This document shows positions 40,792 to 55,636 of a stretch of 64,000 bases of DNA, piece after piece. A program made the position numbers and the translations under genes. Below the pieces are notes generated by a model, which had not been told where the DNA came from, did no database searches, and saw nothing but the letters and a program-made list of their open reading frames with translations. The DNA is taken from NCBI GenBank assembly GCA_038496445.1, contig JALMLS010000381.1, forward strand, positions 2,432 through 66,431, given 5' to 3'. Origin of the DNA: Trichosphaerium sp. ATCC 40318 (taxonomy: Eukaryota > Protista > Tubulinea). Position 1 is the stretch's first letter. Each line of letters opens with the position of its first letter.

Positions 40792-41025
40792 GTTATTCTT
40801 GTTGGTGTTTGTTTATTTTGATTTCTTTTTTGTATTGCTTTTATCTTAACGCTTTCAGTTTCGCAAACACAAAACCGAAACGGTTCGAATTAGCTTCAGT
40901 GAAACCCCAAAATACTCCTTGAAACTCCTACTTGTATTAATAGCATGACAAAATATGATGAGGTAACATATGCTGCCAGGAGCACTTTAATATTATTTTT
41001 GAACGAATAAATTTGGTACAAAGGT

Positions 41026-41265
41026 GTCCGAAAAGTTCGAACAAGTTCGAAAAAAAACAGTTCGAAAATTTAGACTAACTAACAGGCGGTTCACTTTCTA
41101 CCAGGACCCGCTTGAGGACTCGCTCCAGTTCGCAAGAACTCGGTATTGATTCACAAATTGTCAGCTGTGTACAGAACAATTTCTGAATTTAGGCTTATTC
41201 TAGAAAACACGTGATTTTTGCAGTTCGAACGACGAGTTCGAAAAAACTGTTCGAAAAATTCAGAC
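41026..41265. repeat. Paired gTTCGAA triplet arrays (41026-41075 and 41221-41265) flanking a GC-richer core
   Basis: Two direct imperfect copies of gttcgaac..gttcgaaaaaa.c.gttcgaaaa.tt.agac. Confidence 0.7.
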
Positions 41266-41698
41266 AGCATTCGTTTTCCCTCTAGTTGTCAATCATTGTT
41301 TTGACCAAAAAGAAAACGATTGGAGTTTTTTTTGAAAACCATCGCAACCACATTAACACGTGCTCAATGAAACAAGCACCAGGATGGGTTCTGTTGTAAG
41401 CATCAGTCATAATAATAGTTATTTTTCAACAAAACTGATAAACATAGCTTCAGAAGCCTCACGGCGTGTCATTTCTGTTAAATTAAGTCAGAGTTACACT
41501 AAGTGTATTTCTGCGACCATAATTAGCAGGTTTATAGCTGTTAACGTATATATCTGGTATGTACATCAAATAAGCTACAATTGCGAGCAAATTCATTGTA
41601 ATAATTCAGTAATGTTTTCTAGGCGTACTGTACAGTGTGAGAAAGCCACAAACGCACTTTGTAGTAAATGGCGTAATTTCCATTGAAACTAGTAAATA

Positions 41699-44600
41699 AT
41701 GTTCAACGATACCGCTAAGCACTTCTACGGAAGTATTACTGCGTATACGTTTATTTGGTTCATTTTGCTCTTTGTAAGGCTTCAATGTCAAGAAAATGAC
41801 CCCGCAGGTGGTTTTACCGCGTATGATAACTCTTTTGCGCATTTATCCGCTTGTAGTAGCTTACTTTCACAGAAACTTACTGTTGGGTACATAACTTACG
41901 ATTTCACCTAACAACGCTCTCAATGCGTACAACCACAAATAACTGACTTTTTTTCTTCGGGTTAAAGGTTTTTTAATGATTCGGATTCTCATTCTTCTGT
42001 TTCTCTCATGTGTAATGCAACCGCACCAATACGTGATATAGCAGTATATGGATCACAAGTATTTATGATCCAAGATTCACGTGATATAGCTGTGTACACG
42101 TTCAACACTACGCACGTGTCTAAAACAGCTACTTTGTTTATTTACCCAGTATGTTGTTTTTTTCTTATTTCTTTCCGTTCCGCTTTCTGTACTACGAAAA
42201 AAGTGGTATTCGTGTAGTACTACGTTATGTTATCAGTCTTTTGGACACTACGTATTGATTGTTCTTTTTAAAGGTGCATGGCCAGTTAAGAAATAAAATT
42301 GCTGCAAAGTACTCTACACTTGTCGTAAGCACTGAGAATGAAATGATTGTTTATAATACTACAGACTTAACTGCTATGCCATTAAGAAACGTTTTTATGA
42401 AAACTTCACAGTTTGTAAAAACAGAACCTATCATATGGCACATAGGACTCGATGGTAAAAGAATAATGGTACTTCCAAGTTCTGGAAAAAAAATAAAAAA
42501 AGAAATTATTAGCCAAGCAAGTTTCCTCTGTACCAAATGACATAACAGAGACAGACGTCGGCAGTTTTTTATCGCATTGCCAAAGGTTTGATTCTCATCT
42601 TTTCTCAGAATGGGATCTAATCAAGATCTTTTGAAGCGAAGGAACAAAGAGTCTTCAAAAACTACTTCTCTTTTCTTAATAGTTGTCTTCAATCATAACT
42701 TACTCTATTTGCAGGCTGTATGGCCCGATGGTGTTTTAACATCGTTGGTATTTAATGATACATTAACAGTTAGTGTTATTGGGGAAGAAGAAGGTAGAAT
42801 CCTAGATTGTATCGTTGATAAACCTTATCAAGTAAGGTGGTTTACAAAACGTGAAGGTGCAGTGTATCTAGAACAATTGTATATTGGGTTTGATTTAGCA
42901 GTGCAAGGTGAACATGGCGGTTATGTTTTAGGTAATTGTGGTAGCAATAAAACACGCAAGTGTTTGTATGTCTTAACAAAGGATAAAAATGGGTTTGTGT
43001 ACTTAAAGAAGGTATTTGTTATGTACTTGTTTTTTTTTAATTTCTTTGTTAGATAGACAATGGAACAGTTCGTATTGTTGCTCCAACTGTTTATTATGAT
43101 AGTATAGAGGTTATTTACAGGAAAAAATTTTTGAGGATTTTTCGCGCCAAAGATGGGTTACATGTTTATACAGAAAATAATTTTAGTGTTGTTCAAAATC
43201 ACCTTTGGACAGTGCCTGTGCCGAAAGGACATCAACACACACCTCTAAATCTTATTCCGTGTAATCCTGGTACTTACAAAGATACAACAGATATTGGACC
43301 ATGTCTTTTATGCCCTTATGGAACTCATCAGCCTAACCATGGTACAACAAACAAATCTTTTCTTTTTTTTGGATTTTAAACTTACCTTCGTTAGGTTCTG
43401 AGTCATGTATACCCTGTAAATATCCTGATGAATGTAGAGGGGGATCAAGAATACCATCAAAGCTCTCTAAGGGAAACCCATCATCGTTTTATCCTTTCAA
43501 ACCAACGTTTCAAGCATCTTCCCAACAGCAATTTCTGAGGCTTATTGGACACCCAGATTCTGTTGTGTTCTTCTCATTAACAATCACTCTCGTAATTGCT
43601 TTGCTTGCTATTGGTATTACTTCATCTATACTAATTTTATGCGGTTGCGAAAACTTTTTTGCTGTAAGACTATTATGTGCTATTGATATATCAAAGCAAC
43701 TCGTTCTTCATACCTCACCTGTTTGGAAAGGTGATATTTTTGGCGGATTGGTTACTCTTGCCATAGTAGGCATGTGCTTGCTTGCTATTAGTGCTGAGAC
43801 ACACATTTATTATACATACGAAGCAACGCCTTTTGATATGAACAGCACAATTCACAAAAAGATCAAGAACACTTAGAAACCCTCAAGCGGGATTTATTGA
43901 TGATACAACAATGGATCACTATGAAAACCTACAACAGTAAGAGTGTTGTTTGATAAATACTAAATTCTACATCATGGCTTATTCCTCTATTTTAGAACAC
44001 TATTTTTAAATATCACGTGGTACGTTTAATTCCAACAATCTTTCTCATCTCTTGCCTTCTAGGAGTGACTTGTTTATTTTTGTTCCTGGTTGCGCTATTC
44101 AAGTGTTTAGTACTGATGACTTACTCAATGTCAAAACGTATTCACTTAACAACACACAAAGGTATCGCCATATTCCATTGTTTATCCTATTTTTAGTTTT
44201 AACTACTTTGCTAGTGTAGTTATTGAAGCAAAACTTCAAATGTCCTATGTAATTCAGTTGATAGCATGTCCAGCATCATATAATGCAATATCGCTTAGAG
44301 CGTATACAAACTTGACTCACCGTACTTGTTTTTTTAACCAGATTTGTTTTTGGTTCTAATAATGGGTTTTCTTAGCAACATCTGTCGAAGTACATATGCC
44401 TTCAAAAGGCCAATACCTTCCTTACCAAGATCACTCTATTGATATTATAACGACAGCAGTAATTAGAAATACACAAGGATATACTGCATCACGTGTAGAT
44501 GGTGAGCATGAAAACTTTAAAAGAAATTTTGATGTTTTTTACTAGTTTTGATTGACGTTCTCGTAGAGTATTTAGGATTGATTGCAAAGCGTTTTAAGTC

Positions 44601-44933
44601 ACAAGGAAAGAGAATGGAATGTTGCAACGATACAGAAATTTATGCTTTTAACAATAATATAATGGAGTCTCAGTAAGTTTTTGTTTGTGATGTTTTTTTC
44701 TCTTCTTTCTCTTGTTCTTAACTCTTGTTGTTAGTTTGACAATTAATATTGTTGGTAACAGCGCTCTTTATGATGAACAAGATAGTGTATACTTTACACG
44801 TGTTGGACTATTATCAGCTATACTTGTCATATTTACTGTTGTATTCAACACAGGCATAGTATTGAACATGGTAGAGAAGAAAATTAAGTTTCTTACTTGC
44901 CAGTGTATAAAAAACAAAAGAAAACAGGTATAG
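41699..44933 (+). CDS. Multi-pass membrane protein with an extracellular Cys-rich (ephrin-receptor-like/GCC2-GCC3) repeat
   Basis: Hydrophobic N-terminal segment, CNPGTYKDTTDIGPCLLCPYGTHQPNHGSESCIPC, two central TM helices and one C-terminal TM helix. Many introns. Confidence 0.65.
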
Positions 44934-45193
44934 GAGAACATGTACGTTCAAGAGATATTTCTCATTTGCAACATAGTATGAACAAGTGAATTGATTGATG
45001 AAAAATCTAAGCTAACTGGCCAGTCATCCTTAAACATGCAATGACTGCTAGACTGTAGGTTTTTGAGGTATTATGCTCACTACGCTATATGTTGGTATAG
45101 CCTATGTTTTATTACATGGTCCTTGAACACACGAAATAAACAACTTTAAAACAATATTAGTGGTTTTTTTTTACAGTCCGTATTTGAAGAGTC

Positions 45194-45957
45194 TTAAAAT
45201 GTCAACCAACCTTCCATGAATGCCTCACTCAATAAAGTGCATAGTTCTTGAATATCAGATATCAAACAGGCTTTAATGATACGAAATCTTGTTCGTGCTA
45301 GCAAGTCATTGTTCCTAAACCAAGTTGGTATTGCTTTGATGAATTGATTACGTGCTCGCACAGTTTTTTCTCCACTATGTTCTATGAATTTCATGACCTC
45401 TTCAGGTTTGATTGGTGTGTTCCACGATGCATTATAGTTCGGATTGGTTGTTTGGAATTGTGCAACAAGTTGTTTCCGCTTTTCTTCACATGGTAAAACA
45501 CGTGATTCCAAATGTTTTTTTTTTTTACAAAACCGTACATAGACTTGTTTTGTAGGTGAGCACACTGTTAGATTGAATGCGTGGCACTGCGTTTTGGAGT
45601 CGTAGCCATCCCCAGAAGCTCTTTAGGATCCAAACCGTTTTTTGGAGTTTAACTCCCCCTGGTCAGAAACAAACCCGCCCAGACACCGTCCCTGAGCGGC
45701 ACTGACTTTATGTGAGATCCTACTGTAAAAGGACTTTGTTGACTGTACCAGAATAAACTGAACTGAACTGATACGAAAAAATAGAAACAACTTACTTGTA
45801 GGCAAGAGAAGCAGGTCGATCTTAACCTCCTCCCTTACCTTTGCCGCATTTTGAACGTCCTTTCAATAAACAAGCTACCCCATGCGCTTCGCCAGAGCAC
45901 CTCTTTCTTTGCTCTTTGAGCCTTTTGTTTCCTTTTGGCGCTCTGGTAGGCTGACAT
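45194..45957 (-). CDS. Hypothetical protein, multi-exon (boundaries uncertain)
   Basis: 123-aa ORF plus upstream exon-like segments with GT-AG signals. No recognisable family. Confidence 0.35.
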
Positions 45958-46370
45958 TTGCATGTGCTTTTATCGCCAATCACGTTCCTGTTCAATCACT
46001 ATCAGTTTTCTTTGCTATAGTCAACAATCTTTTCTCGACCAATCTTCTAGCCATTGCAATTGGTAATTTAATACAAGTAGTGCGTCAATGAACCTCAACC
46101 AACTTTTGCAGAGGATTATCCTTAATATGGTTTACGTCCATTACTTGTTCGTAACCCAGTTGTTGCTTGGATTCTGTATGATTGAATTTACAAGAACTTT
46201 CATAGCTTTTTTGGCCTTGCGTATATCCCTTTTGGGTGTAGTTTTTGCCACCACTGATCCCTTTGTTGACTTGCAATAAAAAGGTCTAAAATGGTAAACA
46301 AGTTTAAGCACTATTGCACTAAAAGTCATACTTTAGCTGTTAGACGAAGTTAGTTTGAATTTTCGGTACA

Positions 46371-47942
46371 ATGTTGGAAATGGTGGAGATGGTTCTTCAC
46401 CACAACCCATTATCTGATGATCAGAAATTTCTTATACTATGGGTAATGTCAGTAACTTCCACTGTGTCTATGATAGGTGCTGCATGGATGGCATGCTGTA
46501 TAATACGATACGGTACTAATAAACCTTGTTTTCATTTAACATGACGCTTTACGCTTCAAAATCGTTTCAAATCACGTGAAAACGATCAACAGTCTTTTTT
46601 TGAACGAATTGTCATTAAAAAACTTATAGGTCGATTGAGCATGTTATCGAACCGTTTATTGCTTTATTTGGCACTGAATGATATTATGTTCAACGTTAGC
46701 GATTTATTAATGCTCGTGACAAATTACACTACAAATGAAGGTGAGTTTTCTTTGGATTTATATAAACCGTTTTTCCTCTCTTTATGACATTGTACAAAGG
46801 GATATGTATAGCTCATGGCGTGTTTTATTCGTTTGCTCAGATGACGATACCGTTATTGACGTTTGTCATTGCTTTTAATCTTTTTTCTGTTGTTGTTATG
46901 AAGAGGTATGCGTAACACTCCAACGTTCTTGTTTTCTTTTTGTGTACCAACAACAGTTGAAGGGAAAATATGGCACGACGAGAAAAGTATTATTTGTTAT
47001 TTGTATATGGACTATCAGCATTCTTAGCGTTACTGCCTTTAACTACACAGGGTTATGGAAAGGCAAACTCTCAGTATAGGTATGTTTTACACCGACATCT
47101 TCACTTTTTTTTTCAGTCACACCTGACTACCTCTTAAGGTGTTGGATACGTATATCACAAAATCAAACAGATAAAGAGATAAGTATAGCCCACATGTACG
47201 TTAACTATTGCACAAAACAAGACGTGAAATGAACAGAGGTTTTAACACTTGAAACAGGTGGCGTTCTATTAGTGTTTTTATCATACCTCTTCTTTGTATG
47301 TTTGGTATCATATTCTGCTACACGTGTATTTATCTTCGCGTAAAGAAACTGACAAGACTAGCTGTACGTCCGATTAAAATGCCGTTCAACATAACGAACT
47401 GAGATCTATTTTTAGAATGCTTCCAACAGAGAAGAAACTTCTCTTCAAACGCATATTCGTAAGGAACAAAGGAAGAGACAAGGATCTCTCTTAAAGAGAC
47501 TTTTTTGGTATCCAGTAATATTTGTTTGTTTGTGGATAACTCCTATAATACGTCGACTGTACAACTTTAATAACGGTCACGAGGTAAGGAGTTTAGTTTT
47601 AAAAGTATGGAGACAATAAATTATTTTTAGGTAATCGCACTCATTGTTCTTCAATACGGAACGTACACACTTACTGGGTTACTTAACGCTATAGTATGGG
47701 GTATTCTAAACCCCGAGCTTGTGATTTGCGTAAAGAAGATCCCAGGCACGTGTACTAAGTTTATAACTCAAAAAAAAACGAAGACAATATTTTTCTCTAA
47801 GTTATCTAAAACAATTAATGTAGCTTCTGAGCCTTCATACGATAGTTCTACTATCTCAAACTTTTCAAAAGAATCGATGGATACAAATAATTCAATAACA
47901 CAGACCGATAAACCAAACTATCAATCTCTGGATGTTGCATGA
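46371..47942 (+). CDS. 7-TM G-protein-coupled receptor of the cAMP-receptor-like (CAR/Crl) type
   Basis: Spliced translation: TSTVSMIGAAWM, NRLLLYLALNDI, ICIAHG, REKYYLLFVYG, LPLTTQGYG...CWI, RLFWYPVIFVCLW and LTGLLNAIVWG. Confidence 0.85.
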
Positions 47943-48194
47943 CACTTGTTAAAAATGCTGTAACTTGTTTTTGTTACTGAAAAAATAAATGTAAAATAAT
48001 TCCTAATTAGATTCTCCGCCGCTGAGGATAAAATAGTCTTACAATGGAAACTAAGTATTATTTCTTGGTAATGGACATGTATGTACATTTTTATTTACAC
48101 GTGGTATGGTTTGTTTTCACTTTTAAAATACAATTTTTTTTTTTTTCTCCTCGTGTGAACCCTGTAAGGAACATAGACAAGATGAGACGCTCAA

Positions 48195-48980
48195 ATCGTG
48201 GTTCTCTGGACCTTCTTTTTCTTCCACTTTAAACGGAAGTATACTTTACGGTTATGTTGTTCAAACTGCCCTTTTGGTGATACTTTGACATGAACAACGT
48301 CTATACACTTCTTATAGAGCTTCAAACAATCCGGCATGTCGAGGTCAAAAGAGAAAGTATTTAACCCCTATTTATCGAATAAGTTTATAACCTTACGACC
48401 AAACAAAAGGATGTGGCGGACTGAAATTTCCAAAAAACCTGCACGCAGCAAAATCGCGTCATTTGTTTTTTGATTGAATTTTTTTTTTTTTTTATCTCTT
48501 CAAAAAGTACTCCTAGCGTACCTCTGATATCAAGGATATTGTTCCTTCTGATCCTTTGCGCCAAAACACGTTTTGAAATATTACGCGAAGGTTTTTATCC
48601 GCAAGTTGCTTACCAGTGTAACTCTTTCCTAAGACGTGTAAGAATTGCGTAGGAGAAGTTTTTAAGAGGGTTTAATATCATTTTATTCTCTTAATGTGTG
48701 GTGACGTACCATCAACGCAGAGCTCATATCTGGTTAGGCCTTGGGCGTGGAACCCCTTTTCTTTAGTTATAGTTATATCGAAGAGACGCAGCATAAGTAA
48801 TGTAACAATTCTAAAAAACCTAGCCCAAAACAGATTTTGGCAGGCAAACTCAACAAAGCAATCTATGAAGTTTTGTATAACTCCTTACGCACGGCTATCG
48901 CCAAGGTTACTTTGGAGTTTTATTAGGAACCTGCCAAGTACTTTTCACTTGTTTACGGTCCATTTGGCTTCTCTGAACAT
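48195..48980 (-). CDS. Hypothetical basic protein, multi-exon (boundaries uncertain)
   Basis: Open exon-like segments between GTACG/GTAAG donors and AG acceptors, e.g. LRLFDITITKEKGFHAQGLTRYELCVD and DMPDCLKLYKKCIDVVHVKVSP. Confidence 0.35.
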
Positions 48981-49416
48981 GTTTTCGAACTCGGCTTCTT
49001 AAACGCTACGTTTAAACAACACGTGATATATTACGGCGTTTGGAGATTTTTTGGCTTTGCGCAAAAAATATAAGTCCGAAGCTAAAAAAACTACTAAAAG
49101 CGTACAGCGCTAGTGTAGTAGTGTCGTTTTAAAACGTGGTAGCGTGTAATGCACCATGACTGCCTAAACGGCAAAAAGGTTTAAGTTTAAGGCCTACAGT
49201 AGCGCTATGTGTAGTAAGGGGACGAAAAACTAAACAACACAAAAAAAGGTAAGCACGAAAATACGCGAAGAAGTTAGGAACGTCACACAAGTACACTAAG
49301 ATGTGAAGTGTAAGAACACTGAATATCTCATGAGGATTTAATACACTCACTGCATTTTGAACCTCCAGAAAAGTAAGATGAATCTTTGTTTGAAAAAAAG
49401 TTCGTTTAGTTTTTTA

Positions 49417-51959
49417 TTACAGCTCATTTCTTGTGTAATCCTCTTCATCTTCGCTCTCTTCTACTATCTCAATATCTTGTAGAGTTTTTTGAGAACCTCC
49501 ATTAGTATTTTGTTCCTTTAATCTCCTTTGTGGTGTTTCTTCTTCTACAGGAGGTGTAGGAGGCGCTTCGACATTCTTTTCACTGGGAGCAATCTCCTGC
49601 TGAAGAAATTACTAACACTCACTCTTTTGTGTTCCTACCTCAAATACTTCCGAAATAAACGCTAAGAGTGGCTTTGCATACTGTTCTTCATCGTACCTAA
49701 CGGCAAGATTAAACTCTTTAACTTTAACTGAAACTAACCATAGCATTCGAAAATCTGCGCGCATGTGCCACTCCTTCAGTTTCTTAGGCCTGGCGTCTTT
49801 ACCAGTTTTATAGTACCGAACTACTGGATGTAAATACTTGGAGTCTTCGTTCTCACCACTGAGATCCACTGACGGTAGTTAGCGAAGTATTTCACAATCT
49901 CCTACTATCGCACGTTCGGATACATCCACGATACCATCGTAAGACTCTCTTGCTTCGTGATTGTACTGAAAGTGTAAAGAAAACCAATGCGTTCCTTCTT
50001 CAGCTTGTTGATCATACAGCCCTAAAAACAAGAAAATTTAATCACGTGATAGTCACGTGAACCGAAAAAAAAATACCTTTCAGAGTCAATTCTTCAATAT
50101 ATTGTCCTACATCATCGCCATCAAACAATACAAAAACATCAGATAATATCTCAAAAGCGTTGTAAAGTCCTGAAAGAGAAAGTAAGCTAACACTAAGTTT
50201 TCTTCTAGTTTACCATCTGATGTTCGAATGCGACTCATGATTTTATTTGATAGCGCATCTGGTGTAGGTTCAAGGTGTTCGCTACCATAAGGAAGAGACT
50301 CAACTATAAACAGAAGGGTCCTGACAGCGTAGCGTATTAAATAGCGAAAAGTTCTTATATTACCTAGACACAAGTGATTGACTTTCTAGTGGTTCGCTAA
50401 TTTCGTTTCAAAAAGCCGTACTTGTGGATGTCTCTCTTACACCCTTTCGCTTCATCAAATCGCCAAGAAGGTACATGTTAGGTCTGTTCTTACTCTCATA
50501 GGATCTACAAAAAACCTCTGTCAGCTTAAATTCTATTTTTAAGCAAAAACAGTACGATGTTACAATTGGATAGTGTGATAGTTTATCCATTTGTGGTGCG
50601 CTATCCTTAAATATAGATGTATTCATACGCCATCCGAGACATGAGATAACAATATCATACGGATCTTTAAATACAGAAGGTACACTAGCAGCTGAAGGTT
50701 TAAAGAAAATGCCGTCCTCAGTTTTTTCCAGAGATGCTAATACTTGTTACACATTATTTTATACTTATTCTGCTGTACCTTCTTTCATATTGATGCCTTG
50801 TACTACAGTATCCAAGGTGAGTGTAGACTCAAATTCAGATTTACGAGCTATCCTAAAGCTGTAAGCGAAAATAGCCGCTCCAAAAGCGAATGAAATACGC
50901 ACAGTAGATTTCGTTGTCAGTATGTTTGAGGCCTACCATGTGTACGTAAGCTGCTCTTTGAGATATAAACTAATTCCAGTCACTATAGGCCAATGTTTTT
51001 TATTACAATAGACGTACCTGAGCTGATTCAAACGCAGACGTTCCTAGCCCTAATATGAGAACTTTTTTATTTTCGTAGTCATCCAAACTTGTTGATTGCT
51101 CAGAATACATTACAGCGTTCTCAATGCCTTTCATTTTAGGCTTATACTCCTAAGATACGTCACCGACAAGGATTACCTTTATATTGCGTACCATAGGCAT
51201 TGAAGTTGCAATGAGTACGGCATGACAAACACTTATTTTGTGAGAAGCATCTTCGAGCAAGAAGGTATTACTTACGTAATTTTCTATTATAGTTATTTCT
51301 CTGTTAAACTCAATATTGAGATCATGTTTCTTTGCGAATGCTTTTAGATATGCTGAGTAATCTTCACGAGAAGGAAACAAATCGCTTGAAAAGTCCTGAA
51401 CTTTTGGAGCGTCTGTCAAGTTCGAAAGTAATCCGTAGCTATCAAAACGCATATTAAACGCATCATCACTTCCAGTGAACCTCTTGTTCCTCGACAATAA
51501 TCTACCTAACTTATGTTTAGCGTAAAGGAAAGAAAAGTATGTTTATAACATGTAGTGCCACGTCACGTGTTAGAAAAGTCGAAGAGAAGAGAAAATGTAC
51601 CATGAACAGGAAACTTATCAAAAAAAGAACCAACCTACGCGTATAAATACGTGGTGCGATGATATCACGTGTCAAAATGTTACCTCTGCTTCCTTTTCAA
51701 TTATTTTATACCGTGATCCTTGTTGTGCTAGTAGAGCGCCCGCTTGAAGCCCAGAAGGTCCTATTCGTCAATCGTTTAATTAGAATCAAAAGAAAAGCTG
51801 TATTACGCTTACCTGCGCCTATAATAATAAAGTCCCAGTGGTCTCCCTGCGCTGAAACACTTGATAGTAGTATAAACGCTAAAAGTATGCCTAGTACACT
51901 TTTTTTGGATTAGTGTGTAAAAACAACATTTGCTTTGCTTACCACGTGTTGCGAAGCAT
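49417..51959 (-). CDS. FOXRED2: FAD-dependent oxidoreductase FOXRED2/ERFAD homologue, ER-luminal
   Basis: Signal peptide, FIIIGAGPSGLQ, GSFFDKFP, SRNKRFTG...FNMRFD, YDIVISCLGW, SKYLHPVVRYY and C-terminal ER-retention-like RNEL. Confidence 0.85.
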
Positions 51960-52399
51960 TTTCGTCAAAGTAACAAACAAACTAAAGAAAGAAAGAGGCT
52001 TAAATCGACGTGCTTAGACTAGGCGATTTGGTCCATACTCGCAAGTGGAAATAACACTTGTACTATAAAAACTGAAAGCCAAGTAACCCACCTATCCGGA
52101 TAAGAGGAAGAGATATAATATCCTGCTAATGCTCGTGGTTATGAAGAATTGTTCAAGTTTGTGGACTGACTGTTAAATCAATTTCTTTCAATTATAAAAC
52201 GCAATCACTCTAGAGATATTTAACAGGTACTATGCGTATCTAGAAGGAGCTCCTCTTATGCAATTAAGGGAAGCGTGCAGAACAGAAACTCCAATAGTAC
52301 TACAAACTGCAAATAACAAGTCATTGTTGTAATTGTCTCGTTATGTGTGGGAAGGGCGAGTGGAGTGATTACATGTAATGTGTTTTAGTGTAGTTTAAG

Positions 52400-55300
52400 T
52401 TATTCTCGTGATATCCTATTTGCTGATACCTCCTTTCGCGAACCTTTTCAAAACAATGTCTATACTGCTTCACCGCAAAGATGTGAAGAGGTACAACAGA
52501 ACTGATGAACCTGAAATTATACAGGAGGTTTTTAAATATGAAAGAAGCACGTGACAAACTATGTGACCCCAACACATATCTAAATAACACCTGGTTAGAG
52601 TATTACGCCATAGAGTATTACTTTCCTTGAGAACATCCAAGTCAAGAATTAAAGGCTCATCTACTCTATACGCCACACTCAGATCGAATGTCTGACCTCC
52701 TAGCAACTCTTTAGCACTTCTGTTTTTACCAACAATGAGCCATTTACATACATTTGTTAGGAATCTTTGTGACATTCATCTCTAGACATAAAGCAATTGC
52801 AGGTACAGGTTCTGCTTAAAGTATAATTAGCAACGTATAATACATGATGTGAACTGTACCAGCTGTAGGGGTTGAAGGCGCAGTTGGAGCTTTTGGAGCA
52901 GTAGGAGTACTTGGTGGTGCATCTGTTGTTGGAGTATGCGTTGGGGCATTTGTTGTAGGAGGAGGCATAGGTGGTACTACACGTTGCATACTACAAGGAT
53001 TGTCACTTTCAAAAGCGTTCGTGCCTGCTTGTAAAGTGAAAGAAGGTGCAGGTAGCCATGGCTCCTAGTTGTAAGTTTGTTAGAACAGGACCTATTTTTA
53101 AGTGTAGTACTTGTGAAGATAATTTGTTGTACAGGTACACAATGCCAATGTTGTTGTTAGCGTAGGATACACTCTGAACAGTAATATGTTGTGATACTTC
53201 TAGTGTCAATACATGCTTCATTACACCATCTCTCAATACTGTTGTAGCATTAGCTACAGGTATATGACTAATGTTGAGTTAATGTGGCTTTGTTCTTTGT
53301 TGCTGGAAAAATGAGATAGAAATTGTAAAAGACAACACGCACACCATGTTGTTACTATCAACAACTTCAAACCTTATAAAAACAATCAGGTAAACAACTG
53401 AAAATAATAGAATTATGTACCCAGCACACTGAGATGTAAGAGGACTAGTCCACTCAGGACATACAGCTGACGTATTCAAGTACAATCCATCAGCTACTGT
53501 ATCATCATAAAAGAACACTGTGACAACAGTAGGTGCAGATACCGGCATGGCCTAAAGGGAAAAGAATAGGTTTGAAGTTCATTGTTTCAAGTAGGCAGTA
53601 CAGGTGTTGTTTCAAAGTAGTGCGCTACAGGTCCATATGCATTTTCTGAAGTGTTATATATCATTCGAGATATCACACGTTCCATACGTTCACCTACTTG
53701 TAACTTGTAACGAGGGTGAATAGCACCGCCCGGGCTGAAAAGATCATAAAGATCAAGACCACTTGCAAACCTTATCATAAAGTAAGTTCATTTTAGTGTC
53801 TTCATTTACTTACCCAACATCATCCAATTCACATGCTTCACGTTGTGCTATTCGCATAGAAGATATGGATAATTCTGGTTCCACTGGGTATGGTACTAGG
53901 TTCATGAAGACGAAAGGGAATGAAGCTCCAGTTGCTGAACCTGCATCCCATTTTAGACGCCACTCCTTTATCATTTCTTTGACCAAGCACCCATACTGAA
54001 CAGCAAATCCAGTAATAACATTCGTTTCTCCTTGGTACCATAAAGCACCAGTGATGGTCATCTACAACAGAATGTAAGATATTCTTCAAAGTTCAACTAT
54101 TCATACCTTTGTAAGCGGAAACATCATAGCGCCCCAATTTCGAGTTTTGCTTCCATCAGCCTCAGTGTGGGGACATTTACTTAGTACTGAGGCACTTGAC
54201 CATGACTACAGTAAGTTAGCATTGAATGAGAATAGGCCTTGAAGAATAAAGTGTTCACGTGCCTCAATTGAAGACCCGCCAAATGCACTTGTTATCAAAC
54301 CAACAGGTATGCCTGTACGTCTATGTAAAGCTCTTCCAAAGTACCAACAAACACCACTGAATCCTAGATCGTCAAATCTATCAACAGAGTCTGGTGACGA
54401 AGGAACCCAGCCTTGCCAAATGGTATTGAATTCTTGGAGTTCCTTAGCAATCAATGTCAGTTTTAGCACCTCTTTTTGTTTACTTACAATGTTGCTTCCA
54501 GTAAGTCTACCAACGGTAAATAACCTTATTCATGGGATCCCTGCTTGTGGACGTAGAGCCATAAAGTCACTTGTTCGGAGAATAACCACTCCATGTTACT
54601 GGAAAGTATACAAATTAGTTACACCCGAGAATGCTTTTTTTTTTTACCTTTGTCCACTACAAACGAACACATCTCCAAACGTTACATCCTTTGTATAACT
54701 ATTTAATACTCTCTTACGAAAATATACAAGTACTACTTACTGTAATTTCATCCTCAACAGCCAGAGTATCATTGATGCCAGGTAATGAGAAGATTACTTT
54801 TGCACGTATTCTAAATGTTGTAAACAATTACATGTCAAATAAAAAAAACCGCTTGACACGCACGTGTGGGTACCACCAGCAGGTTGAGGAGGCAGTCTAA
54901 CATTCCACCCACCCTGAAAGAGTTATGTAAATGTTATATTTATGTGTAGTTATTACCAGTTCATCTGCGGTAGTAGTGTATTCAACGAGTCCAAAAGTCA
55001 CAATTACCTATGTTTACAAATTTAAAAAATGTACTCAACACCTCTTCAAATACATACTTCATCCTGAAACAGCTTTACCCCATATATTTGCTTGCTTGGG
55101 TGCTCTATGAAGTACCTTATGACTTCCCATAGCGTTCGAAAACAGATCCTTGCAAGTAGAGTTAACTCGAAGCTTCAAACAACACATACGCAGCCTTTGC
55201 AACTGTAGGCGTGAGTCACAGCAGTTGTACATTCTCCAGGGGTTGTAGAGCAAATTTGGTACAATGGTTTAGCTGGACCACAGTAATCTGCACCAGACTC

Positions 55301-55636
55301 TATTTTTGCAGCGTATACGCGCCCTGATGGCGCAGGAGTGCATTTACTGCAGTTGCTAAAGATTTTGTGCGCTTGTACTTCTTCGTTGGTGCACGGAGCA
55401 ATTGGGAATTCATTTACGCTGCAAATTCTTGGTGCTGTCCATGTACAAGGCTTTTGGATACCGTCAACTGTTTGAAATCCTCTATTGCAACAATTACGCG
55501 TAAAACTTCCGCTACCGTCGTTACAAACGGAAAACTGGACTTGAAACGCAGTATTGCATCTGTACAGAAGATTATGCTGAGATTTCACTGTACTGGTTAC
55601 TAGTAGAAGCAGTACGCTAACACAGAACCAGTGCAT
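52400..55636 (-). CDS. Secreted sialate O-acetylesterase (SASA/SGNH) with Cys-rich N-terminal domain and Pro/Thr linker (3' end uncertain)
   Basis: Signal peptide MHWFCVSVLLLLV, then FSNAMGSHKVLHRAPKQANIWG, GDVFVCSGQSNME, FSGVCWYFGR, GGSSIESWSS, LWYQGETN and AIHPRYKLQVGERM. Confidence 0.85.
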
